Source: Eutreptiella sp. 'Long Island Sound 2002'
Lineage: Eukaryota > Protista > Euglenida
Direction of reading: 5' to 3'
Assembly (NCBI GenBank): GCA_964036045.1
Contig: OZ038378.1
Span: 21,948,001 to 22,012,000 of the forward strand
DNA: 64,000 nt
A program made the position numbers and the translations under genes. The notes below the pieces were generated by a model. It was not told the origin of the DNA, did no database searches, and saw nothing but the letters and a program-made list of their open reading frames with translations. Positions 36,376 through 49,437 of the stretch are shown here, one piece after another; within the stretch, counting starts at the first letter, position 1; each line of letters opens with the position of its first letter.

Positions 36376-39300
36376 TCATGATATGGTCATAGTCGCTGAA
36401 CGTCCATCACCGCCGCACAACGGGTCTTTGGGTTTAGCCAAATACAACTGAATGTAGCCGAGTATAGTGGTGACGCTGTCGTCCGCGGCCTTGTGGTCAA
36501 GTAACAGGTCACATCGCTACGTAACAGTCCTTCAGTCATGCTTACGCGTACTAGTCTCACCAACTTGCACGCGACACTGTGCACTTTGTACCATATGCAC
36601 TGTGCACTGTGTATATCTAGTGCATTTTGACTGTTTGCATGGACGAAAAAGATTACAAGTGGTTTCTCATGGTCCAAGAATATCGCCCTTTAGAATCAGG
36701 ACTCCAGCTCTGAACATGTATTTGCTACAATGCTTAGTATATTGAATGTTCAAGCGTTTGCACATCCAAATGTCGCCTTACACGGGTGAGCGTTGGAGCC
36801 ATCATGCTACGCCTGCCCCCCCTCCCTCCCGAGTCATGGTCCCACCAGTATCTAACGACCACCCTCCCCTACGCGTGGCTTCGTGTAAGCTCTGTCAAAC
36901 CTTCACACACACCTCAAGTCCACTCTGATGTCCCATGAACGTGTAGTGCCACCCAGTTCCTTGCCCTGTGAAGCTCACTGAACGTCCGATTGCTGGAGAC
37001 GGTGTGATGCATCGACATAGCCTTGTAACAACATATTTTGTTTGCTGAGCGTTTCGTTGCTGTACAGCTTTTCTTCATTTTGGCAAAGCTTTCTCAATGC
37101 ACTGGTCTCGCACTACAGTGATGTCCATGTCACACTATGCCTCGTTGCATTGCACTACTATGTGCCATTCCCCATCACCCAAATGCCGAATCAGGCTGTG
37201 TTGTGCTTCAACAAGAGCATTGAGGCACAAGGATAACCTAACCTCTTCGCCAATTTCATGGAACAAGCAGGGAACCTCCAAGTGACAGGTCCAAAGCGCC
37301 ACCATGATCAATGTCTCATCCACAGGCACGACAGGTCATAGGGCATTTCGAAGGCGTTGGAATCCACAAGGCCATGTATTACGGTAACATACCATGTGGT
37401 GGCCATTTTATTCCCATACCATGGACCTCAGCCCTAGTGGTCCAAATCCATCTCAAATTTGTTGTTTAACACGTTGAGATATGAAGTGAATCCAACCATG
37501 TTTGGGCAAAATCTCAGCGTTGCTGGGTAACAGTTTCGCAAAGTTGAATGTGGGTTCCAAGAACTAGCAAAATTGGCAGAACTAAGCTATTTTACAATTG
37601 TTTGTGGTGTAGTGGACGTCATGGTGGCACCGCATGCATGAATTGATTGAAATGAAAGCCCTTCTTCCCGTTGCAACACCCTTTGTACCCAGGCTCAAAA
37701 GGGCTGTCACGCAAAGCTAAAAACGAGCCAAAATATGTTGCTTTTGTAGATTTGGCACCCGTTGGTGAATGATGACGAATATGAAGGTTGGTTGCCCTTT
37801 GGCATTTCCTTCTAAGTTCAATGGGCAACTAACTATCTTAGCACGTGCAGAACATGCCAGTCAAGTGTAACACTACTATTAATTTTGTTGTGCATACCTG
37901 AAGCGCAAAGCACGCATGGGTGGGCCCAAGCAGTACACGCATTACAATGCCAGCTTTCACACCAACGTCACAGGGATATGGATTGAGGGCACTGCTGATC
38001 CTTATTGTGCCTATTTCAATACATGGCTTTTGTGGAACTCTTGTTGTATACCGGTCCTTGAATTTATGACGGCGCATCAATTTTTGTTTGACACACCTGA
38101 ACCCATTCTTGGTATCTTTTTTCTACTTTTTTAGTGATGGGAAATTGTGCGTGCTGTCCACATCTTGCTCCTCTTTTGTGGCATTAACAATGTCAATTGT
38201 TGGCATGACGGGGGTCAACTGCATAGTGCACACGGCGTAGCTGCGACAACAATGGTGTTGATTTCATGAGTTGGATCCCAAAAGTAGCAAAGCGGAACAA
38301 TCAACAAATCGGTAGATGTACATGCCCGCACCCATGCGAGGCATACCCTGATGGTTGTTTACACCTCTACTGGGAATTTGTGGACTGTTTTGTCAAACAC
38401 CCTGAACAGACCAGCACGTCAAACCATCACGGGGCCGTGGCATAGCCATGATTCCGCTCCCCAACAGGGGCCACTCTCAGGACTGGCGGACGACCATAAG
38501 TTTGTGTGGGTTCCAGAGCCAAGCGTGCGCAACCGTGCGTAGCCAGAGAGAGTAAGTGTGCACAACTGTACAGACGGATATCACCACAGGACAGGGAACA
38601 ACCTCCACCAACCCTCTACAGCCCTGATCAATTATGTTGAACGCTCTGCAACTCCATGCCACAATCTTGTGCCATCTCCACCCACGTTCATCAACCCTTA
38701 CAACCCCGGTCTCCCTCTCCTCCAGTAGCCACCCACCGGCCAATGCAGGCGGCTTACGGGCCGGCCTCTAGACTGTCACTCGCACATGTCTTTCGGGGAT
38801 GTTGGTGTGTGTGTGTGTGTGTGTGTGTGTGCTTTTGGGGGGGGAAGGGGGTTTGATGGGGTGAGTTTTTGGGTATCCTGCATGTCTGGCCGCCTTGCTG
38901 TGTCTCCATATATTCTCTTGACCGTGGTCTCTCTCTCGGTACTTACCATCTCTTTTCCAGACACCGTAGTCACTCATGTCAACTTTTCGCACACGATCAA
39001 CGACCGCTGCCTTCGGGAATCGTTTCCAGCCGCAGTCATTCTCTGGGATGCATCCGTCGTATGTTCGTTCGGACGTTGTTGTGTACAGCGTGTAGGATGA
39101 CCGTTGGAGCATGGCCTCACACGGGTGTGGGCATAGTCGGTGCAGAAGGGCACGGAGTGCTACACTGTGGGCACGTGAGGGACACATAGAGGGCACATAA
39201 CTGCGGCATATTGGCATACATGAGGGGCACAAGGGGGCACATGGGCTCAGCTCAGAATGGGCAAGGGTGCAGAACTCACGCCGCCTTGGATCCGCTTCTA

Positions 39301-39500
39301 TGCGCAGACGGAGCTCCTGCGCATCAAGCCCTCCCGAAGCGGAGCGGCGCAATATGGCATTTATGATATGTACTGCCGTCCCAAGACGTGCGATGCAGTC
39401 CCCTCGGATGGTTTGCTGAGCCTCCGCGCGGTACAAAAGGGCTTGTTGTACCTGGTCTTGAGCTCTCCCGAGGCTGACCTTGCGGAGGAGGACCTTTCTT
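36376..39500 (-). CDS. Multi-exon gene of unknown function (partly resolved)
   Basis: Candidate exons end at strong donors 39280 (GTGAGT) and 38947 (GTAAGT). In-frame pair 37716-37631 then from 37563 (LRDSPFEPGYKGCCNGKKGFHFNQFMHA|FLEPTFNFAKLLP). Last exon 36516-36376 (RCDLLLDHKAADDSVTTILGYIQLYLAK...*). Confidence 0.5.
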
Positions 39501-40114
39501 TTATTGTGGAAAAGGTTTGCAGGGGATGTGTCGGCGTTGGATGCTGTCAACTTCGACCAGGCCAATGTGTGGGGAGCACAGTGGGGAAGACTAGGGACAC
39601 CGTTACACTTAAGGCAATTTCTCTGGAGACTGGAAGATTCGCATTTTTTGTAATTTCGAATTGATGACACGCCGTTGAGGTGTATGCCCCACAGTAGGGC
39701 CTTTTACAGCAGCTTCATTGGTTTGGAAATGGGCCGGTGTTTTGGGGGGGGAGGTGGGGCATAACAAACATCAACAGCGGGTCGTTGCAGTGGGGCTGGT
39801 CGGCCCCAATTGAGGGCGCTTTATATCTGACTACCTGCAAGAAGGATCCCTGTGTCTGCAGATGCAGAAAGAAGCATCAGAGGCCCACAGAGTGCCCCCC
39901 CCTCCATCGCCTAGCGGGGGGTTCCAACAATAAAGGGGGGGGGGTCGGAATAGGCGAAATTTGGAATGGCGAACTTTGCACAACAAAAGTGTATCAATTT
40001 TTGCTATGGTATTTTATGGACCGAAGCCATTTGTTCAGGTGTCGGTTTTAGCGCTCTTCGTATGCACAGTCCCCTTGCGCCCACGCAGTTTGTTCTACAG
40101 ACCAGAAATCAAAA

Positions 40115-40310
40115 ATTCTTAGTGCACCAACAAGAAATATCAGCAACCATCCAGAAGCCATCCAGAAATGACAGCAAGCATCTAGAACCCTCCAAGACCT
40201 AACAGTAAGCATCCAAAAGCCTCTAGGAAATAATTACAAGTGTCCAGATGCCATCAGGAACTAACAGCAACCATCCAGAAGCCTCTGGCAAGCAACAGCA
40301 AGCAACCAAC
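40115..40310. repeat. Degenerate ~33-bp tandem repeat (aacagcaagcatccaga...)
   Basis: Several recognisable units, plus one more copy near 42430. Confidence 0.7.
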
Positions 40311-42799
40311 ATTTGCGGTGTATGCTTGTGTATGCGTGCAAGCGGGGAATTCTGTACCAAATTGCAGTGGAATTTGTGCCAATTTTCACCACACTGAATT
40401 TTGCCGTTCCAAATCCCCCCCCCCCCCCTGTATGGCTCTAAGTCCCAAATGGTTGTGTTGATTGGTGGCGATGCATATTGCGTTGCGTGGTTTGGCAGGT
40501 TGTAGCTGTAACAATAATATGATAGGTGATAGGTGTGACGATGAGGTGCACGAAGTCGCCCCCCCCCCCCCCCATCCCAAACGGACGTACACCTACGACT
40601 ACGCCTTGCACCTGCACCCTCGCTTAGCTCACCTTAATTGGGATTTTACCCCCCCTAAACCAAACCAAACCGAACCAGACCAGACCAGACCAGACCAGGC
40701 CAGACCAACCCTAACCCCCTCCCCCGCATGGCATGTGCAGGTGTGGACGCTGTCACTGGACCGATTTGGGCCCCCTTCCTTAATCTGATCTCTTCGTGTC
40801 TACAACATGCCGACATTGTCGATGATTAGCATACTGCGTCTATCCCCCGCCTCCTCTAGCTCCAAAGGCAGCCCCAAAGCTCTATGACCAGATTGCCGGC
40901 CTCCGGTCTGGGGAGTCATTGTCTCGCACGGATGATCAAATATGGAAACAATTGCATGGTAAACGCTCACAAATTACCAGAGTTGCAATTTCAGGAGATT
41001 TGTCTGCGACCTACTCCAATACACAAGCCACAGCGCCTACTACCACGTCTGGGGGAATGGAGAGCGGCTCTGTTGTCGGAGGTTTTTTGGCGGCGTCAAT
41101 CAAAGTCCTGGAGGAGATGCGTTCTGCTGTAGAAGCTGACACGAACCTGGACCCAACACCTCAGCGGACAAGCGATGAACAACACCTATTGCTGTTGAGA
41201 TTCATTCGGAAACTCACAACTATGTCATGCAAGACTGGACACCGAATCCAAAAATAACAACTGGCAAGGTTTAACAAACAGAATTCTGTTGCTTTGAAAG
41301 CCATGTTCCCGAAGGAATGAACGACCTTCCTTTTTGCTGTTAGGCAAGACCAACTGCCCTTCTTTTGTTAGATGATCACGACTACGAAAATGATTGCCCA
41401 TTTCAACCTTGTGCGCCGCACACGTATGTAGCAACCAGACCAGCTGTCAAATAGCAGACATCAGACATTTATGAACACTCCCCCGCCCCTGCAGCGCATT
41501 GTAAGCCCCCCTTTTCCCCGTGTATCAGACTTTTGTGGATCCCAACCCCCCAAACCTGGGCCCCCCCCCTCCCTTGGGGATCAGATATTTGCAGAACCAG
41601 CTTCCCCCCCACGCACCCACCCACCCACCCCGCTGCTTATTTTCATTTATCCCCAAACCTGTGTACCTGTGTATTTATCCATGAATAAAAAGAGTCGAAA
41701 ATCCCCCCGCCCTTTGAGAATGGACTATGAACTATTGATACTAACCCGTTGAGAAAATAACCGGAAGACTCCTACTACAATTGTGAGCCAGAGCAATTTG
41801 TTTGCGGTCTTGGCCCTTGCACCATGACCGCAAACCATTGCCCCCTGTGAGCCTATGAGCCGTCGCATTCCATTTGTTGTCCCGCCACCCCCAAAAAACC
41901 GATATGGGACCCCCCCTTTGGGTATGAGACACTCTCGGATTCTATAAGCACATGAACACCCCCCCCATCCCTCCCCAAAACTGCAATGCCCCCTCCTTGG
42001 TGTTCATCCACCCCTCCCTCCTTGTGCCGGCTATCCACACGCCCCGTATCCCTGACTGCAAGATGGAATAGCAGAAAAATGCCCCACACCCTTCCAAGCA
42101 GCGACCCCTTATTTGCCTTACCTGTGAAAGTGATTTGCAAACTCTCAACACTGGCCCTCTAGGAAATGAGTGGAAAATCCCACCTCGAACCCCCCCCTAT
42201 CTCACCATGCACAAGTACCATGACATTAGAATGGCTGACAACCATAGGGGGACAGGGGGAGCCCCCCCCCCCCCCCCCGCCTCTTGCCGTCACAGCCGCC
42301 TGGCGACCACTCTCAAAAGAACGTTATCTGCACTCCGCCTCAAAAGCATTTGTGAGCAGCCTTTCTTGAGTCCTTGGTGTGCCCGTAGCTTTTGCATGTA
42401 TCATGTCTTCTGCTGTGTTGCTTCCAAGAATTAACAGCAAGCATCCAGACAACCATAGGAAGTGCGGGGGGTGCCTAGGGGGGCGGGGGTGTACTGTGTA
42501 CAGTATAATAGTATCCAAACCCCTTTGGGAAAGTGAAAACGACCGGTACAACACCCCCCCCCAGCCACTTTTGTTTTCAGGTTTGCTGTCTCATGTGATG
42601 CTAGTGCGTGTTACCGTGCGCACGGTATTGCATTGCTGTAACACAGTTTTACACTGAGGAGGGGGGTATGGGGGTGGATCTGCCTGTTTAGATTGCAATT
42701 AAGGTTAGAGTGGGCGGGCTTTTTGTTTCTCTGAGATTTTTGGTGCGGCCAGGAGCAGAATCTTGTTGCAGTGGTGAATATTCTTTTTGGTGGCTTAGG

Positions 42800-43335
42800 C
42801 AGGAGTGTTGCTCCTTCCCTTCTTGGTTAGGTTAATGAGCGGCATGTGTCCGAATTCGTGTGACCATGATGTTGCTTTTGTCCGGTAAAGCAACGCATGA
42901 GAGGTATTATGGGGAGTATCTCAATCCTCATCCTATTCTCAAACTGCGAATGTGCAAGCATCTGTCTTTTTGGTGGCTTACACAGGCTCTATGCAGCTTG
43001 CCTAAGTGGTTGAGGACAGGAGTGGTGTAGGTTTCCATAGCAACAGCCATGCTGGGTAATTGGACTCGAGGTGTGGTGGGCAGTGAAATGAGAAGGCTCA
43101 CACCTCATCCCTGCAAGCCTTTGATGCCCAGGTGCCTAAGGGGGACAACCGCAATGGTGGTGGTCTGCCAAGCCCTGAGTAGCCAACCCACCGTGCCTTC
43201 AGTCCGCTTTTTGGGAGGTTTCAATCCCTCAACCAAGGGGGCCCGGTGTATCAGCAAATGGAAATATGCAATGTGAGTTGGGTTGTGATTTGGAAGTTTG
43301 GAATGCAATGTATATTGTAATGTAATGTAATGAAT
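42800..43335 (+). mobile_element. Probable LINE 3' remnant with (TGTAA)n tail
   Basis: Stop-ridden coding-like sequence ending in tgtattgtaatgtaatgtaatg. Peptide SLQAFDAQVPK loosely resembles ALNACDGQSPR near 27990. Confidence 0.3.
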
Positions 43336-43599
43336 ATCGGTTTGGTTTTGGCGAATTTATGCTTTGGTTTAACACCCTGGGGTGTGGTCTTTTGTATGGG
43401 GTCCGACCCGAGTAGAGAGTTGGAGGGGTGCCAGACTCCCGACCACCCCCCCGACTCCAGCGGCTTCCTCTAGCCGCCATGGGGTCGGAGAGGAGGTTGG
43501 GGCGGACACGGGGGCGAGAGGGGGGTCACGCACAAAATCATACAATGGTGGGAGGAGGTGTATGGTTTTAATTGTGTAATTGTGTAATTAATATACACC

Positions 43600-44420
43600 C
43601 CGTGGTGCGTGCCAAATCCTACACCCTATCCCAAGCATGTATGATTTGACATGCGGCCCCTAGAGACCTCCTGTAGGGTTTTGGGGGGTGCACGCCGAAT
43701 TCTATACCCCCTCCTCGGCGTGTACACATTCATGCCTGACCCTGAGAGACCGCTTATGTGGTGTAGGGGGTGCACGCCAAATCTTGCACCCCTCTCTCAG
43801 GTTGCGTGCCCTGCCAAAGATAAATGAGTTGGCGTGCCACCCCTAGAGACCTCTTGTGGGGTGTAGGGGGTGCGCGCCAAATCCACTTCTGGGGATATAT
43901 GATTTGCCGTGTGACCGCTAGAGACCTCTTACGTGGTGTAGGGGTGCACGCCAAATCCTACACCCCCTCCCAAGCATATGTGACTTGGCAATTCACTCCT
44001 AGAGAGCTCCCATGGGGACACCTCATAGGAGGCCTCTTGGGGTCAATGCCAAATCATAAAATGCTTGGGATGGGGTATAGGATTTTGTGTGCACACTCCA
44101 CAGTTCTTAATTCGGTCCAAGAGAACGTAGAACGTTAGATAGGTCACTTGTGGGTCATAATCCTCTCACTTTTCAACCATTGTTCACCTTTTTTGGGGCG
44201 TGTCGGCACAGCGCGCGCACAACGTGCACAGTGCGCACATGACAGGGAGACATTGGGGATTTTTTTGCTACACCTACACCCCATAGGAGGTCTCTAGGGG
44301 TCACATGTCAGATCAGGGTGTAGGATTTGGTTTGCACGCCCTACACCCCGTAGGAGGTCTCTAGGAGTCACTTGCCAAATCATACATGGGTGGGACGGGG
44401 TGTGCCTTTTTGGGCCCCTC
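43600..44420. repeat. Hairpin-unit satellite (~80-100 bp; GGTGTAGG...GCCAAATCCTACACC)
   Basis: gccaaat cores near 43611, 43694, 43775, 43875, 43949 and 44048, with inverted copies after 44270. Confidence 0.75.
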
Positions 44421-44454
44421 TTCCTTGTGTACATGATGTCACCTCACCACCAGC

Positions 44455-45560
44455 TCAATCCCAATATTGAGTCTTGATCAATGCTCAATCCTTGGCAAAG
44501 GAGCACCTTGTGTTTAAACAAGGGCTGCATACATGATATGGCTTGCAAATGTTCCATTTGCTGGCGTGCCGGCAAGGGCTTGAAAATGGCTCAAAGGTAG
44601 CTGAAAATGGCTTGAAACCAATGGTTTGAGCACGCCAAATCATGTAGGATGAATATTGCAAAAATGGGTTTCCCCCCCCCCCCTGTTGCCCCCCTTTGGG
44701 TCCTAGAATTGCGCATTTCAAAGCTTTTTGGGACGTTGCATGGATTAATATAGGTTGAAAATGGCTCAAAATAGGCTTACACCACTTGTTTGAGCACCCA
44801 AATCGGTTTGGACCACTTTTTGACCCATAGGTGACACCCGCCTACTCCACCCTAGCACGTATGCGCGGTGCAACACTCCTTGGTGCCCATAGGGCATGGA
44901 AGCGTGTTAGTGGTGCAAAAATAGCTTGCAAACATCCCCATTCATGATTGTTTGTCATCGTGAGGGCGCCCAAGGCAATACATGGCAATCAAAACACATG
45001 AGAGGAATATGGGAATATGGTCACATTCAAGGTAGGTTTTGGCCATCTTTGGCCCTTTTCAAAGGCTCTTTGGTAAGGGGCATGGGCTACTATGGGTCGA
45101 ATACATGTCAAGATAGCCAAAAACTAGTTGTTTGAGCACCCCCATTGGTCTAGAAACAATTTTGAGAAAAGTTTGACCACTTTTTGACCCACAGGTGACT
45201 AGCACATGCACCGTATACGGTGTACCACTCATTGTTGCCACTAGGGCATTGAAGGGTGTTGGTAGTGTGGAAATGACTTGCAAATGTTCCCATTCATTAT
45301 TGTTGATCACTGCAAGGGTGCCCAAGGCAATACATGGCATTCAAATGCAACGAAGGAAGGTGACACATGAAAAAGTAAGCAAAAGGGGGGCTTTTCAAGG
45401 CTGATTTTGACCATTTTGACCCCCAGAATGGAAGCTACCAGTTGGATGTTAAAGCTAATATACAGTGCCCCAAGGTGTTTCTTCATCACCTAGATTCGTT
45501 CAAATGGTCCCCTTCAGAAAATGGCCCCTCCCATGGACATCCTAGAAGCCCAAATAGCCC
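44455..45560 (+). repeat. ~350-380-bp repeat family, three tandem units
   Basis: cttgcaaa..t.cc.att cores near 44540, 44925 and 45277, each followed by gtttgagcac. Confidence 0.8.
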
Positions 45561-48449
45561 CCCAAAATGGCATTTTTTGGCCATTTTTGACAGATTTTGA
45601 ACTCTAGGTCCGCCACTTGCGACGCCTGTTCCCAGCCGCTACCATTGAGTTTGTTGCTTAAACTTTGTGTGATTGTACTTCATGACCATTGCTGCCATCC
45701 ACCAAAATTTCGTCTGAATCTGAGCCACCACAACGGAGTTCTGATTTTTGCCCATTTCGAGCTTGCTTGCTACTTGCTGCTTGCTGCTGCGAAAAGGGGT
45801 AGCTCCACCCTAGACCCTAAAGGGTTGGTGATAAGGTAAAACCTAGATGGATAACACCATCTCGGTGACCGTACTCTTCAAGTCTGCCTGTCCTGTGTGT
45901 GGCATTGCAGGTGCAGGGCAGCCTGTGGTGGGCGCGGCTGTCGGCAGACTCCTTCAAGCTGTTGTGGATCGTTGTCCTCGGCTTTGCAGCAGTAGGTATC
46001 CCCTCCTCAAAGCCATCCCCCATGTCGCAGTAGGCATTACTCATCCTGTGCATTCGTTGCTCGTAAGCAGAGGACAACCACATCACAACACAACACCACA
46101 TGGCATGTGGGACTAAATCGATTTCCAAATTGACAAGCCGGGAGTCCCTGTCACAGCACAGCAGTGCACAGCACCATAAGACAACCGTAAGTGCTATTTT
46201 CTACAGTGTTCCTGCATTCAAACATACAAACATATGTGCCCTCACAGACTCAACATACTGCCACAGTATGCCTTTCTACAACCACCCCCTCAAAATTTGC
46301 CCATAAGTACACCCTCGTCCTGCGTACAGCACACACACCACTCCACATGCGACCCTGCAACCCTGCATACAACCAAGGTCCCTAATCCTGCCTGTTACTA
46401 AACCTCCTTCAGACCGGCTCAAAGCCCTTTCCCTCCACTGTCTCAGGTCTCCTTTGGGGCCTCTCATGACCCCCGACCTCTCAGTACAGCCTTTCTCCCT
46501 CAAATCACCCACCTCCCCTAATTTCCACATCACCCCCGGCCTCCCTCCCACTTCTCTCTCACGAACCGGTCCCCTGCTCTCCCGCCTCTCAGCACTTCTC
46601 TCCCTGATTCCTTCTTACAAAACGCATTCCACGTTGACAGCCAAATGAAGTGCACCCACGGGGCAGTTTGGTCACACGTCTGTGAAACCGACCGAGGCCC
46701 AAGGACTTGCTTTTGCGGTGATGCGCAGCGCCTCATCAATCCGTGTTCTTGTGCAGTGCTCACGTTCTTGATCATTCTGGATCTCGGGGCCCGTCTGTCG
46801 CGCAAGACCACGGTGCCGCTGCCCAGGACCGTATGTTCCCTCTTGCACAGGGGCCCAAGGAGAGGAATGGACGCTGACACAGCCCTTGGGTTTGTAGCCC
46901 CCCCCAACCCCCTACACGGCGGGCCATCATCCAGCGTCAGAGGGTTGGTAAAGTGTAACGGGATTCTTCCACAAAAAAGTTGGTCAAAACGTACAGTGCA
47001 CTGCAGGTTAAGGCGTTTACCAGGATACCTTTTTGCGAAACAAGTCACCTTTTTGGTCTTCAACTGCGTCTTGTGGAACATTCGAGGGGAAACCTTTTGG
47101 AGCTGTGGACCCAAACTTTTTTGCTTTGCGGCGGAGTCGCTGCGGGCACTGGCCTGGCTCTCGCGGCAAGGACCCTCAAGTGTTGAGGACAACTGGTGGT
47201 CGCGTGTCTGTATGTTTCGCGTGCTCTCGACTCGTTCCAAGCGGCGGATTCTCTGGCGCTCTGTGATGCCCCTTTTACCGTTCCATTCCTCAACGCACAC
47301 CCCCACTCACGTCCACTCACATTGTGTCGTGGGGCCCCATTTGGCAAAGCGGCAGGAGGTGAGTCCGGCGCGCGCCGTAGGGGATTTGGGGGGTCGGGGG
47401 TTGAAAGCTCCACCCCTGAAAGTGAGTTCGGTCTGAAGCGACCGTTGTTGCGTCTTCAGCATCCCCCCTCCCCCCCATGTCTGCATGGTTGCCTCAAATG
47501 TGGAGTGTCCATCGAGTGCTGGTGCGTAAATCCATGTTACCGCGTGTTCACTTCAACCCATCGACTTGCATGTCATCGGCTTGGACCCCACGACGTCCGC
47601 TTCGGTGTACGAGACACGAAAGACACGAAGTCCGGGGGGGTTCTCGGCTGCGGTGCGTTGAGCTGCGCACAATGAGTCGGAGGCGGGGCCACCGGGGGGG
47701 GGGGGGGGCTTCCAGAACCACAACATCTATTGGCTCAGGTACAACACATTGGACCCTCAGACTACAGGTCACACGAGATGCACCACGGTGCAAGGGACAT
47801 GCACGCTCTAGTCAAGCTTGGATGTGGGGAACACGAAAGGGTACCCCCTCAGCTCCGGTCGTGAGTGGGCGTGGTCTGGTACTGTGCACAAGAACCCGGA
47901 GCCCATGGGGAGAGCATTTGTATGTACCTGTGAACAGTGGAAACTACGAGCGCAGAAGCACGGCCACACAGAAACACGTGCACGCAATTGCGGGTCATCA
48001 CTTCTCCACGAATGAGGGATATTCACGGGCTGCAGTGAGGGTTCAAGCCGAGCTGCTGTCGCTGCTGCTTGAATGGGCCCTGTGACAGAAGACACGGGAT
48101 TTGTGGGCATGGGCCCATACTGTGCGCTATGGAGCTGGGGGGTCCCTCACTGAATGGTCTTTGTGCAAGCAACGAGACGCCGACGGGGCGTTCACCTGGT
48201 ATTTGGGAAACAGGCAGGGGAAAGAAGAGAGCCGTGTTCTGCTTCCGAAGCTTCTCCAAATGCATGCACTCGAAGTTCGGGCGGGACTTGGGGGGACCTC
48301 AAACCGGACCCCCCCCTCCCCAACAAACCCGTCTCCTCCCCGCCCCGCCCCAACACCATCCCCCATACACCCCCGACACCCCTCTTGGCAGGGCCGCTGA
48401 GACACTGAACTGAATTGCCCAGCCATGTCAACATGTTGTTCGAAGGGGG

Positions 48450-49150
48450 GCCCTGGGGATTCGGGAATCTTTAAGCCAACAATCTGGTGTTGCAGGTGAG
48501 CATGAGGGAGAATACAGGGCGTTTGATCGCCATGGACTGCGTTGGGTACGCTTGTAGTGAGAAATGAGGGTGAAGGGGGTCACTTGCAACATAATTCCAT
48601 GCTCTCAACACCATTCTATTGGCACCACCAACTTGCAAGGCACGCGGCACTTGCTGGGGTAGGCCAAAAGTGGTCAAAAAATATTTTTTCCAAAATTATT
48701 CTTAGACCACTTGGGTTGCTCAAGCAAGTGGCTTAAGGCTATTTTGAGCCTTAGTTGCCCCATATTAGCCCATGAAACTTCCCCAAAACTTTTGAAATGG
48801 GCAATTTTAGGGCCGACCGTGTGTAGGGGGAGGTTTGGGGGGATTCTGCTGTGTTTGTGCTGTATTTGAATGCCATAGATTGCATTGGGCACCCTTGTGG
48901 TGATAGATAATGATGAAGGGGATCACTTGCAAGCTATTTCCGTGCAGTCAACACCCTTCAATACCCCATTGGAGTGGTGCAGTGCACGTGCTAGGGTAGG
49001 GTCATAGGGTCTTATGGATCCAAAAGTGGTTGAAAATTATTTTTTCCAAAGTTCTTCCTGGACCTATTGGGGTGCTCAAACAAGTGGTTTAAGGCCATTT
49101 TGCGCCATCTTGGACCCACATGAGCCCGTGCAAGCTCCAAAAAAGCCTTG
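48450..49150 (-). repeat. Same ~350-bp family, two units in inverted orientation
   Basis: gctcaa(g/a)caagtgg near 48717 and 49074. Confidence 0.8.
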
Positions 49151-49380
49151 AAATCGGGTCCGCAGGGAATGCAGGTGGAGGGTTGATAGGTGAGGAGTGC
49201 GAGTGGAGTGCTAGGTGGCATGTCTCCAGAGCGAGTGAAGCCAGCGAGGAAGGGTTTTGAGGGTGGTATAGTGGACGAAGTGGCGGGAAACGTTTCTGGT
49301 GTCCCTCAACATGCATCCTAATTCTGCCCCGTAGCTGATATTCCCTCCCCCACTAGCTGAGTCCCAATAGTTAGTCTTGA

Positions 49381-49437
49381 TTAGGGTTGGGTGTGGGTTA
49401 GGGTTAGGGTTGCGTCTAGGGTTGGGTTAGGGTTTGT
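49381..49437 (+). repeat. Interstitial telomere-like TTAGGG tract
   Basis: ttagggttgggtgtgggttagggttagggttgcgtctagggttgggttagggttt. Confidence 0.75.
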
